Position numbers and translations under genes: made by a program
Shown: in pieces, positions 24,785 to 36,720 of the stretch
Position numbering within the stretch: the first letter of the stretch is position 1
How the letters are laid out: every line of letters starts with the position of its first letter
Origin: Octopus sinensis
Lineage: Eukaryota
NCBI RefSeq assembly: GCF_006345805.1
Contig: NC_043000.1
Coordinates: forward strand, 150,908,001-150,972,000
Reading direction: 5' to 3'
DNA: 64,000 nucleotides
The notes under the pieces: generated by a model
The model's database searches: none
Seen by the model: the letters and a program-made list of their open reading frames with translations, nothing else
Told to the model about the DNA's origin: nothing

Positions 24785-24960
24785 AATGGTATGGTATGGT
24801 ATGGCATGGTATGGTAGTCTCTTCTGTCCGAGAAAGACAGTTCTGCACAGGTGATTTGTTTATAGTGCTCAAATGTTTGTGCAGCACATTAGCTCACTCT
24901 CTACATCAAACTGGTATTACCTGAACAGGTGCACAGTGTACCTCACGTCAAATGTCGAAG
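24785..24960 (-). mobile_element. Probable retroposon 3' end with (CCATA)n tail
   Basis: (TATGG)n on + at 24785-24817 abutting a non-repetitive segment; family not identified. Confidence 0.35.
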
Positions 24961-24984
24961 GAATCGCAAAGCAATAGTAGCCCG

Positions 24985-25353
24985 CGCTCATAACCACTAT
25001 CTCGAAAGAGATATTTGCGAAGTGTTTTACTCCTTCGAGTAAAACCACCAATAGAAGAGAATATGACTAAGAACTGCGTGTACTCCATCCCATGCATCTG
25101 TGGTAGGTTATACAAAGGAGAAACATGCTGCCCTCTCAAAATAAGGGTAGAGGAACATCTCAAAGCTGTGACACGGGGAGATATTGATAAATCGGGTATA
25201 GCTGATCATGTATGGAAAAGTGGAGACCACCTCCCCATGTGGGATGAAGTTAAAATAATAGACAAAGAACACCGCTGGAAAATACGAAAACTAAAAGAAG
25301 CAGCACATATGCTAGGACACAACAACTTCCTAAGCAGACCGAGTGCAGATTAG
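24985..25353 (+). pseudogene. Penelope-like element GIY-YIG endonuclease fragment
   Basis: NCVYSIPCICGRLYKGET..LKIRVEEH..SGIADHVW..H...W..VKII..E.RW..RKLKEA, typical of PLE GIY-YIG domains. Confidence 0.85.
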
Positions 25354-25574
25354 AAAATTAGAATACTAAGGATAAGAGAATATTAGATTTATGACTGAAA
25401 CAAACAAAAGAATAATAGAATAAAAGTATTCTGAACGAAAACAAGTTTCAGTTTAATTTCAGAACTTTTTCTCGTAACAAGTAGTTTTACATAATTTTCT
25501 ACTATATATCTCTCAGACCTCTTAGAGTCTTATCTATGCCAAAGATTTTCAATGAAACCCTACAATGGTTGGTT

Positions 25575-25968
25575 GTGGAGGCGCAATGGCCCAGTGGTTA
25601 GGCCCAGTGGTTAGGGTTCCGGTTGATCCGATCAACGGAACAGCCTGCTCGTGAAATTAACGTGTAAGTGGCTGAGCACTCCACAGACACGTGTACCCTT
25701 AACGTAGTTCTCGGGGATATTCAGCGTGACACAGAGAGTGACAAGGCCGGCCCTTTGAAATACAGGTACAACAGAAACAGGAAGTAAGAGTGAGAGAAAG
25801 TTGTGGTGAAAGAGTACAGCAGGGATCACCACCATCCCCTGCCGGAGCCTCGTGGAGCTTTAGGTGTTTTCGCTCAATAAACACTCACAATGCCCGGTCT
25901 GGGAATCGAAACCGCGATCCTATGACCGCGAGTCCGCTGCCCTAACTACTGGACCATTGCGCCTCCAC
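25575..25968 (-). mobile_element. Chimeric family E SINE with an inverted copy of its own head at the other end
   Basis: GTGGAGGCGCAATGGCCCAGTGGTTAGG at 25575 (+) and its reverse complement ending at 25968; body 25790-25968 matches 3130-3316. Confidence 0.8.
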
Positions 25969-26209
25969 TCTATTCACGATTGCAGGGTGAACCGACCAAT
26001 AAAGCATTCTATTAAAAAAAAAAAATACCGCGAAATTCCAGCAGCGGATTCGAACTCACAATCTATGGGGAAGTAATCCATTAACTTATCTGCTCAGTTA
26101 TCGTCTTTATGGAATACTTAATGTTATAGATTTTTAATTTAAAATGCTTAATCTACCCATTGATAATCATAAAGTGCTGTTGTCACAGACCTCTTCGTTA
26201 CATACTTAC

Positions 26210-26230
26210 CGCATGACCGACTCTATATTG
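26210..26230 (-). CDS. Candidate 21-nt microexon of an unidentified host gene
   Basis: Minus strand TTTTTTCTCTTTTAAACAG|CAATATAGAGTCGGTCATGCG|GTAAGT; phase 2-2 reading (R)NIESVM(R). Confidence 0.3.
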
Positions 26231-26411
26231 CTGTTTAAAAGAGAAAAAAGAAAAAATGAGTATACGGCTATCATATATCTGTTAATGACAATGAAAAGAG
26301 AAAAGATAATATTTTTTGACAGCATATCAATATTAGTATTTTAATTTGAGTAGTTGATATTTACACTCAATCGTTTTCATATTTGTACATCAATCTTCAT
26401 ATAATATTAAC

Positions 26412-26635
26412 ATTCTTTTCTTTTTTCTTTTATTCTTTTACTTGTTTCAGTCATTTGACTGCGGCCATGCTGGAGCACCGCCTTTAGTCGATCGAGCAAA
26501 TCGACCCCGGGACTTATTCTTTGTAAGCCCAGCACTTATTCTATCGGTCTCTTTTGCCGAACCGCTAAGTTACGGGGACGTAAACACCAGCATCGGTTGT
26601 CAAGCAATGCTAGGGGGACAAACACAGACATACAC

Positions 26636-26666
<31 letters not shown>

Positions 26667-26838
26667 CATATATACGACAGGCTTCTTTCAGTTTCCGTCT
26701 ACCAAATCCACTCACAAGGCATTGGTTGGTCCGGGGCTATAGCAGAAGACACTTGCCCAAGATGCCACGCAGTGGGACTGAACCCGGAACCATGTGGTTG
26801 GTTAGCAAGCTACTTACCACACAGCCACTCCTGCGCCT
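26412..26838 (-). mobile_element. SINE family A
   Basis: Reverse-complement match. Confidence 0.9.
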
Positions 26839-27359
26839 ATGTTAAAACATGTTAAAATACTTTTTTTTTTCTCCCCGGTCAACTTAGTATTTTCACTGTT
26901 GTAGTTTGATACAATACAAATAGTTGAATCATGGAAATGTGATAAGCCTTAATATAATGTATTATGGTAATATTGTCTAGATCACCAAGTTTGTAGAATA
27001 AGCTAGCATTTTGATGAAGTGACACGATTATATGCCATTGTCTGCTGCATGAAGCAAATTGAGGGATTCATCCCCTGATTTCATAATCTGTTACCCCTAC
27101 ATCAATTCGTTCGATCATTTATCGAGTCAACGCATAAACGCGGGCTAACAAAAGATGCTATACATTGTCGCGGAATCTACCGAAAATATTTACCAAGCGA
27201 CCTTCAAATTTCACCCTTAGGTCTTAAATATGGGTCGCATTGAACAGTATAGCCCTAGATATAAAATATTCGAGCAAAAGATGGGACGATTAGTTGGAAC
27301 GCATTGGATCATAAGTCTACCTATGGCTGAACAACAACAATAGCAGCATCGACAATAAT

Positions 27360-27612
27360 TGGTTTCAAATTTTCGCACAAAGCTAGCAATTTCAGGGGTA
27401 AGTCGATTAATTTCAGTAAGTCGATTTCAGTAATTTCAGTCGATTTCAGGGGTAATTTCAGTAAGTCGATTACAACGATCCCGGTGCTCAACTGGTACTT
27501 ATTTTATCGACCCCGAAAGGATGAAAGGCAAAGTCGACACCGCTAGCAATTGAACTCAGAACATAAAGATGGACAAAGTACCGCTAAACATTTTGCTCGG
27601 CGTGGTAACGAT
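27360..27612 (-). mobile_element. Diverged family-B-related SINE
   Basis: ACTGGTACTTATTTTATCGACCCCGAAAGGATGAAAGGCAAAGTCGAC..TTGAACTCAGAAC. Confidence 0.75.
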
Positions 27613-29099
27613 TCTCTCAGCAACGACAATAATTTATCATAGAGTATTACTGGTACTAATCGCATAACTTCGGAAGGTTTACTAGAAACAAAGGTTTATT
27701 TCTGAACTGTAAAGTCGATCACATTTCCTCCACTCATTCATTGGATGTAAATCTCTCTAAAAAAGAAAAAAAAATCTTAAGGAAGTCTGTAAACAAAAAA
27801 CGAAGATGAAGAATAAAAATAATAATAATTATAAAACAGTATTAATTGACGTTGTTGAACATAGTGAAACATAATAATATCAGCAATTAATTGCATTTCC
27901 CTGACAGAGATTTCGGCTCTGGTATTCAGAGTGCAATATCCTGTCGTTAAAACTTGCAAGTCATTTTATGAAATGAAATCTGCGCTGCATTAGCACCAAT
28001 CTAGCTTATCTTTACTGATTGGCTGATTTTAACTATCAGCTGGCGTCGATGTAATGTATATCATGCGTTTTGTTAATGGCTGCAGGGGGTCATCCACTGT
28101 TTCAGCGTTAGAAAGACATAGTCGCGGAGTTTTGATACTGATGAAGACTAATATGGATAAGTCTGAATTTGCTAGCATCAGGCTATCAGTTACTGTGATT
28201 CTAAGGAGAATAGTCATGCAAAATATGGGTAACGGGACTCGGCACGTGTACGAAACATAGGCTGGTGGATTGACCGACCGGATTGAATCTCCAGTGACGC
28301 TTGTCGGCAGCAGTGCGCTTCCTGTCGACCTTTTCCTTCCAAGCAGGTGGACACCCCTGGCGTCTGTTAGCCGTCAAAGTGTCGTTAACTCTGCACACGC
28401 CAACGCGACGACCGATGTACGTTCAGGCCAAAGCGCAATGCTATAGGTTGTCATGATTAAACTTAGCCTGTCACAAACACCTCACTATAGGCATATCACG
28501 GTGAAAGAACAATAAATAAACAAATAACGGTAAAAATAAAAGAATGAGAGAGAGAAAGAAAGAAAAGAAAGCGAAGCACGAGACAATCCCAAATAATGTT
28601 TTATACAATAACAAAGCGTATGAGCGTGCTCGGTTTCTTCTACTCTGACTATCCCAACAATGTAACGAAAAATAAACCATCAGAACAAAAGCAAAAACAA
28701 AGATGTCGGAATCACTGACTTTTCAGTTGATAATTCGTAATCCTATATATTTTTATTAGGACTTTAAGACACACCTACAGCTAAGTTAGCAAGTGATCTC
28801 GACTGATTGGCAACTGTCAGGTAAATAGTTAGTTTGACATGTAATATGCATAGGAAAAACAAACTACCATTGGCATCCGGTTGATAACAAGATAATTCCT
28901 TTTATACACCCGTAAAATAACACAGCTAACTAGTATTAATAACAGGAGGTTGACATAATTTCCATCTGCTACCGGTTTAATTAATTTTTTGTTTTGTTTT
29001 TCATTGGAACATTCTCAAATACACGCAGATACATTTATGTACATTTTAGACATGTTGTGCACGCGCGCCAGCTCACACACTCATGCACACGCACGCGCA

Positions 29100-29403
29100 T
29101 ACATATAGTCAGACAAGTACACACACACATACACACACATACACACACACATACATACACACACATACACACACACATACACACACATACACACACATAT
29201 ATACACACACACATACACACACATACACACACACATACATACACACACACACATACACACACATACACACACACACATACACACACATACACACACACAC
29301 GTACACACACACACATACACACACACACACATACACACACACACATACACACACACGGACTAACAGAGCCGCGATGTGAATTAGAATCCGTGAAATAGAA
29401 TCC

Positions 29404-29438
<35 letters not shown>

Positions 29439-29470
29439 GGGAGAGAGGGAGAGACTGAAAGAGAGTGAAA
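29100..29470. repeat. (CA/CATA)n and (GA)n microsatellites
   Basis: Direct reading. Confidence 0.95.
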
Positions 29471-29625
29471 CAGGGAATGAGAGGGTGAAAGAAAGAGTGA
29501 GAGAAGGAAAAAGAGAGAAAAGAGAGCTAATAGATTAGTTTTGACTATTATTAAAGCTATCGTCAGGGCTCGATTACTGACTCCTGGTTTCCGAAAGACA
29601 TACACATACATATATATATATATGC

Positions 29626-29796
29626 ATATACGATGGACTTCTTTCAGTTTCTGTCTACCATATCCACTCACAAGGCTTTGGTCGGCCCGAAGTTATAGTA
29701 GAAGACACTTGCCCAAAGTGCCACGCAGTGGGACTGAACCTGAAACCATGTGGTTTGTATGCAAGCTATACTTACCACATAGCCACTCCTGCACCT
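29626..29796 (-). mobile_element. SINE family A, 5' half only
   Basis: Head and CORE-like part present, ends at the internal TA repeat. Confidence 0.8.
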
Positions 29797-29946
29797 GTAT
29801 GTATATATGGCGACATTATATATTACTTAAAGTGGTTGTATCATAGGAGACCGTAGTACTGTAGTACTGTCGCTGACCACGCGATATTATATATATATAT
29901 ATATATAATATATTATATTATATTATTATTATTATTATTATTATTA

Positions 29947-29977
<31 letters not shown>

Positions 29978-30206
29978 AGGTGGTTATTCGCAATTTACAA
30001 CCGAAAAGTACAAGAGATCTTCTCTGTTTGACTGCCAGCGTCAATTTTCTATTCGAATTTTCGCTAAAATAAAGAGTTATTAGTAATCAAAGTTTGAAAA
30101 TTTATGTAATTTTAGCCAATCGTAAGCCTCAGATACATTCATGGCTGTTTCGATAGTAAGAAGTGGAACGTGAGAACACTTTTGCCTGTTGCTACAGTAA
30201 CAGTCT

Positions 30207-30482
30207 TTGAAAAGACTTCTATCTGCGAGGAAGCACGTGTTGACAAATTTGACGCTGTGTTCTATGTTCTGTGTGATTATAACAGCAAACTCCAGTAACT
30301 TCGCTTCTTGTATGGAAAAATTGAAAACAGAGGAGGATATTGTGTCGTACCTTCAAGAAAAGAGTGTTATACCCAAAAGAAATTTATGTAAAAAGAGGCA
30401 TGTTATGTGTACGAAGAGATGTGGTGGGATCATGTACTGGCGATGCTCGCTGCTTAAATGTTTGTATTTTAAGCATATTTAA
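30207..30482 (+). pseudogene. Possible Merlin/IS1595-like transposase N-terminal fragment
   Basis: KTEEDIVSYLQEKSVIP....C...H.M.......YWRC resembles the N-terminal Zn-ribbon of Merlin transposases as I recall it; no DDE domain seen. Confidence 0.35.
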
Positions 30483-30511
30483 ATTATAATTAAACATTTG
30501 AATTGTAATGT

Positions 30512-30744
30512 ATTTCTTTATTGCCCACAAGGCGCTAAACATATAGAGGGGACAAACAAGGACAGACAAAGGGTTTAAGTCGATTACATCGACCCCAGTG
30601 GGAAACTGGTACTTTATTTATCGACCCAGAAAGGATGAAAGCAAAGTCGACCTCGGCGGAATTTGAACTCAGAACGTAACGACAGACGAAATACGGCTAC
30701 GCGTTTCGCCCGGCGTGCTAACGTTTCTGCCAGCTCGCCGCCTT
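30512..30744 (-). mobile_element. SINE family B monomer with 16-bp TSD
   Basis: ATTTGAATTGTAATGT at 30496-30511 and 30746-30761. Confidence 0.93.
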
Positions 30745-32255
30745 TATTTGAATTGTAATGTGTTTATCGCACGTAGCGTGTTGTTCATCGCATTTGCATT
30801 AAATGTATATTGAATGATTAAATGTTTGTTTACTCGTTTCTTTTTGTCATTGAGCATTGGGGTGGTTCTGAGGTGTGCTAAAAATAACAACTAAATAAGG
30901 TTTTTTCTGGATAAATCTTTTCAATTAAAGTTTATTTGCTAACATCTCGCTCAGAGATTTAAAACTGGTTTTCTTTTCTAAATTAACATAGACATTTACG
31001 TACTTACATGACAGAAAATTATCGGAAAACTTTCATCTAATTCTTCCGAATCTTTCTGTTAAAAATTGTAATGTGTTTATCGCATGTAACGTGTTGTTTA
31101 TCACTGGTGGTTGTGAGGAGTGCTAAAAATAACAGCTAAATAAGATTTATGTACATGAAAGAAAATTACCGGAGTCATAACACGTGTTGTTTACAAATAT
31201 TGAAAACACGCGCTATCTTTAGGATGTTGACGACAAAATGTGCAGTCACGCACGAAATGACATCTTCCAAATCCTGTTTCCTGACAGGGTGAAAATGATC
31301 AAAGTTAAATTTTTATAAACATTTTTCTAGAAAAAATGAGATAACTCCAGAAATTCACAATAATACATTTATTGATATGTATAAATATCTGTATATATAT
31401 ATATATAAATGTTTAATATATGCATCTGTATACATCTTCACATATATATATTTTCTTCTACTACTAAGCACTGACCTGTCCAACCAACCTAATCTATATT
31501 CCCAAATTCTTCATTCCACCATATTACTGTCACTACCCCTCCCCTCTCCCTGCCCCATCACTTAGGTTCTATCACTACATACCTGACACTCCTTTTCTTT
31601 TTATACTATTATACCTCTCCTTCTTACCCCCATTCCTTCTATCTGACACTCCTTTACTCTTTACCCTATCATCTTTTTACACTCTCATATCTTTCTCTCT
31701 CTATCACCCTCACCTCCCCATTCCTACTACCAATTTATCTTGACTGACCACAAACTGGTACACTTTCCCTCTCTTCATCTCTTTACTATCTCTCTCTTTG
31801 CTTTCTTTTCTTTTTTCTTCCTCTCTTCCTCTCTTCCTGTTTTCGATTTGACCTTACAAATACATTCCCTACTTTTAGGTCACTTTAAATAAGCCCTCGG
31901 TTCAATAGCACTGTGTACAAACTCTATACTTGGAATGACCAATTTTAAATACTATTGGAATTTACTCACAAGGTATTGGAATCTTATATGTATACCATTC
32001 TGCCTAAATAATGGATCTACAAATGCAATATCCCAGCATATCTCACATCTATTTTCATTCCTCCACTTCACTCTCTATTTGATATTAGGAGGCTAAGTAC
32101 TTTGATTTGCCCGAAGGCTTATAATGCTGCTGAAACAGCCCTGGTGTTCCACCAAGTTTGAATGAGTTTTATAGTACGAGTGCAAGTATCTGTGAAGTAC
32201 TCAAATAATTATAGCACGACCCAAGGAGTACGTGGTATATATGTATGCATGTATG

Positions 32256-32316
32256 TTAGTTAGTTAATTTGGCTCAAAAGCAAATAGCAAGGCCATGTAG
32301 GGGGACATGGAGTTAA
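32256..32316 (-). mobile_element. Very short 3' tail fragment of the CR1 family at 48088-48470
   Basis: TTAGTTAGTTAATTTGGCTCAAAAGCAAATAGCAAGGCCATGTAGGGGGACATGGAGTTA matches 48100-48162. Confidence 0.8.
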
Positions 32317-32643
32317 GTATGTATGTATGTATGTGTGTATGTATGCATGTATGTATGTATGTATGTATGTATGTATGTATGTATGTATGTATGTATGTAT
32401 GTATAATTGAGTAGTTGAATGAATTATCTTATTATGGATAATTCGGTTAACCGATACCTGGGTAGCAAATTCACGTCAGAAAAACACGGTTGAAGCTACA
32501 TGCCAAGGGCAGAGATCACGTGCTATCGTGTGGAAATTTGTGTGTTTTTTTAAATACAAATAAATGGAAAGAAACACTCATTATCGCTATGGGCTCCGTG
32601 TGGGCAGTCATCTAAAAGTTTTTGTGCATCTTGATGCTGACAT

Positions 32644-32748
32644 AAGTTCCTTGTTTTTCCTGATGAGAAGGCGGCATAATGCACCCCTTATTCCTTCGAA
32701 ATTAGGAATATGCAGCCTTCGAAACATATGTCGAAAATAAAGGAATTT
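32644..32748 (+). ncRNA. Type I hammerhead ribozyme with canonical core and palindromic minimal stem III
   Basis: Stem I TTCCTTGTTTTTC (32647-59) / GAAAATAAAGGAA (32733-45); CTGATGA 32660-66; stem II GAAGGC/GCCTTC; GAAA 32721-24; CATATG; GTC cleavage triplet 32730-32. Confidence 0.85.
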
Positions 32749-32781
32749 TGTTAATTCGTCGTTCAACTCCATTCTTTCATT

Positions 32782-32813
<32 letters not shown>

Positions 32814-32922
32814 TGTATGTATGTATGTATGTATGTATGTATGTATGTTATGTATGTATGTATGTATGTATGAATGTATGTATGTATGTATGTATGTGTG
32901 TGTGTGTGTGTGCGTGTGTGTG
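32782..32922. repeat. (TATG)n/(TG)n microsatellite; a second (TATG)n array lies at 32318-32404
   Basis: Direct reading; the two arrays flank the ribozyme-bearing island. Confidence 0.95.
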
Positions 32923-33027
32923 AAAGGAAGAACAAAATCGTATCTTTCGGAAATCATTGGATTGGTCTGAGATGGTGCTAGCATAGGCTGAAATGTAATG
33001 CAAAAAAGTTATAAAGGGATCAAACAT

Positions 33028-33145
33028 AGGCGCAGGTGTGGTTGTGTGGTAAGAAACTTGCTGCTTAATCATATGGCTCCGGGTTCAGTCCTGCTGCGTG
33101 GCACCCCGGGCAAGTGTCTTCTACTATAACCTCGGACCGACATAA
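33028..33145 (+). mobile_element. SINE family A, 5' fragment
   Basis: AGGCGCAGGTGTGGTTGTGTGGTAAG..GGGCAAGTGTCTTCTACTATA. Confidence 0.75.
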
Positions 33146-33262
33146 ACCACGTGGTCTCTTTAAAACACTCTGGCTAGGGAGCGAGAAAAGGATCGTTTGA
33201 AAAAAAACATAAATCCGAAAGAGGAAGCACACTCAATGATGCACAGCAGAATATATAAAAAA

Positions 33263-33444
33263 TGGAGAAAGCCGGATTATGGGATTACCTTAGGTTTGCC
33301 GCCCATAGAGGGTTTAGCTTTATGGCGTATCTTCAGATCCCGAAAACCTGTTGGCCCATGACCTCTAGGATCTGACGATACGCCATAAAGCTAAACCTTT
33401 TATGGACGGCAAACCTAAGGTAATCCCATAAACCGGCCTTTCCG
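33263..33444. mobile_element. Fold-back element, about 77-bp inverted arms and 27-nt spacer, each arm containing a hammerhead-like motif lacking G12
   Basis: Arms 33263-33340 and 33368-33444; followed by (TA)n. Confidence 0.85.
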
Positions 33445-33550
33445 ATTATATATATATATATATATTATATATATATATATATAATATATATACACACATA
33501 CATCACACACACACACACACACACATATATGTATATATATATATGTATAT

Positions 33551-33605
<55 letters not shown>

Positions 33606-33944
33606 CATGTGTGTGTGTGTGTATGAGAATTCAGAAAATTAGAGATTCGTTGTTAACGGTTGAACTCGAATAGATAAAGCTATAATTAATAGAGTGTAAA
33701 TCTTGAGTTAAAACTTCTTTGGACAGAAAAAGTCTAAGACTGCCCCTGGGACATTGCACCCACATCTTCTGTAAATACGACAATGTTTTACCTTTTGACT
33801 AAAACATCATTTGAAATTCTCTGTCCAGTTTAAAAGCCGTTCTTACCAGCAAGAATTGTATGTTGCTTACGTCATAAGAATTTAGAAACACACACACACA
33901 CACACAAAGATTGAGAGTAAAGAAGAGACACATGTGTGTGTATA

Positions 33945-34089
33945 TGCATGACTGGGTGGTAAAAGTTTTTCTTCTCAACTACATAGTTCAGAGTTCAGTC
34001 CCACTGTGTGGCACCTTGGGCAAATGTCTTCTACTATAACCTAAGGCCGAATAAAGCCTTTAGTAGACGAAAACTGAAAGAAGCCTGTC

Positions 34090-34154
<65 letters not shown>

Positions 34155-34155
34155 C

Positions 34156-34194
<39 letters not shown>

Positions 34195-34290
34195 CCTCAC
34201 CACCTCTTGACAACTGCTGTTGGTGTGTTTACGTTCCCGTAACTTAGAGGCTCAACAAAAGGAGTCGATAATATAAGTACCGGTTAGAAG
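33945..34290 (+). mobile_element. Diverged SINE family A copy
   Basis: GTTCAGTCCCACTGTGTGGCACCTTGGGCAAATGTCTTC..internal (TA)n..GTTTACGTTCCCGTAACTTAG. Confidence 0.8.
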
Positions 34291-34311
34291 GAAAATAAGT
34301 ACTTCTGTTCT

Positions 34312-34592
<281 letters not shown>

Positions 34593-35424
34593 AGGGAGTG
34601 CATGTAGAAGTTGCTGTGGTGTAGAGCTGTTCTCGATCAAACACCAAGACATTTTCGATTCCCAGGGGAGAGTTCTTCACTTCTCAAATGCTTTTGTAAA
34701 AAGTAATCTGACGCCATAGCGTTTAAGTTATATGACTCTTGCTTCGGAGGTTTGTTTCTCACGGCAGGCAAGATGGGTCATGTGTGTTCTACTTGTCTTA
34801 TGTATGTCATGTCTAATTAAGAAATCATTATTAATAATAGAACATTTCACCAGAAGCAAATCTTTTATGTATAAACGTTTGTTTCGTGCATGCGAGTATA
34901 TATACATATGCGAGTGAGTGTGCATATAGACGTGCGTGCATCGTGTACATTAACATGCTTGAGACCACTTTCATCAAGCCACACACACACACAGACACTC
35001 ACACAACATCGTGTTTACATATAAACAAACACTCCGTTCCTTTTCATATGAAGTATTGAAAGCTATGTACATTTGATAATCTTTAAATACTCGGCAATTG
35101 TATTGTCTAATAATGAAAAATGCGCTGCCAGATATATCTTTTGTTCTATAAATATCATTAAATATCTTACCAATTCATACAACCCTTTACAATTCGAACT
35201 AAATGTTGCTTGAATTTTGACGACCATACTATTTATCAAATTCGCACACTGAATATTGGAAGTAAGTGTCTTTTATTTCGCTCTCTCAACACAACAAACA
35301 TCGCCCTCCAGCCGTTAAGATAAATTGTACTGTTTGCATATGACTACAATTCGGCTTGTTGACCTGCTCTACCTACCCTACGATCTTTCTTTATTTACTT
35401 CATTTAATTGTCCACAGTCAGCCT

Positions 35425-35560
35425 CCATATTGATTGGCGAGGTCACAAGGCTAGCAGATCACGTGCCGGCAAGTTATGACGTAGTAGCTGATGTGCGTAG
35501 CGTAGCCAACTACTTACGGAGCCCAGCAGAGTAGCCTCGCCGCCGGAGGTTAAACACGTA
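35425..35560. promoter_or_regulatory. CpG-richer patch with clustered CCAAT, AGGTCA, CACGTG and TGACGT motifs
   Basis: GATTGG 35432-37, AGGTCA 35440-45, CACGTG 35460-65, TGACGT 35477-82. Motif presence only. Confidence 0.25.
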
Positions 35561-35586
35561 TACAGACACACGCAAACACACACACA

Positions 35587-35617
<31 letters not shown>

Positions 35618-35799
35618 CACACCACACACACAGACACACACAAACGAATATCTTTTGCTATTCAAAGGGAATCATTGTCAGCTGAGTTGACCAATACGAA
35701 GAAAATAAATATTGTGTGTGTGTGTGTGTGTTCGCATGTGTGTACGCGCATGTATGATTGTATGCGTTTGGATGTATGCGCTAAATATGCCTACGTATA

Positions 35800-36580
35800 T
35801 ATATGTGTACTCTGGGGAGTGTGTGTGCACGTGAGTGTATGTGAGTGTGTGTGCACGTGAGTGTATGTGAGTGTGTGAGTGTGTGTGTGTGTGTGTATGT
35901 GTACATTATATGTATGTATGCATGCATGTATATATATATATTTCTATGTATCCGTACGTGTGCATACGTGCATGAGTGCGAGTGCGTGGGTACGAGTGTA
36001 TGTGCGTGTGTGTGTGTGTGTGTTTGTGTGTGTGTGTTTACGTGCATATTTGTGTGTGTGTGTGCGCGAGTGTATGTGCGTATGTGTGTGTGTATGTGTG
36101 TGTACATTATATGTATGCATGCATGCATGTATATATGTATTTGTATGTATCTGTGCGTGTGCATGCGTGCATGAGTGCGAGTGCGTGGGTGCGAGTGTGT
36201 GAGTGTGTATGTGCGTGTGTGTATGTGCGTGTGTGTGTGTGTGTGTGTACGTGCGTGTGGTGTGTGTGCGTGTGTATGTGCGTGTGTGTGTATGTGTGTG
36301 TGTGTGTGCGTGTGCGTGTGGGTGCGCGTGTGTGTGTTTGTGTGCGTGTGTGTGTGCGTGCGTGTGTGTGTGTTTGTGTGTGTGTGTGTGTTTGTGTGTG
36401 TGTGCGTGTACGTGTGTGTATGTTTGTGTGTGTGTGCGTGCGTGTGTGTGTGTGCGTGTGTGCGTGTGTGTGTGTGCGTGTATGTGCGTGTGTGTGTGTG
36501 TGTATGCGTGTGTGTGTGTGTGTATGCGTGTGTGTGTGCGTGCGTGTGTGTGTGCGTGTGTACGTGCGTGTGTGCACGGA
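35800..36580. repeat. Degenerate (TG)n array
   Basis: Direct reading. Confidence 0.95.
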
Positions 36581-36658
36581 TGTAATCGTTGTTTAATAGG
36601 TCTAAATAAGAATGTATGCTGAACGCGGTGACTGAGAATTACGGATTCTCATTCTTAC

Positions 36659-36720
36659 CGGAGGGAATCAATCAGTCTGGCGACTATTGTAGCTATTGTG
36701 TTTATTACACAGTCAATGTT
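36659..36720 (-). CDS. Candidate 62-nt exon of an unidentified host gene
   Basis: Minus strand TTCCTGTTTTGTATTCTCAG|AACATTGAC..TCCCTCCG|GTAAGA; only phase 0 is open (NIDCVINTIATIVARLIDSL + CG). Confidence 0.3.

Noticed and set aside
31008-31055. Minus-strand exon candidate KDSEELDEKFSDNFLS
   Set aside because: Phase-incompatible with the 36659 and 26230 candidates and lies in a locally duplicated transposon-like relic.
32105-32150. CCGAAGGCTTATAATGCTGCTGAAACAGC, hammerhead-like spacing
   Set aside because: Core not matching CUGANGA or any 3:8-paired variant.
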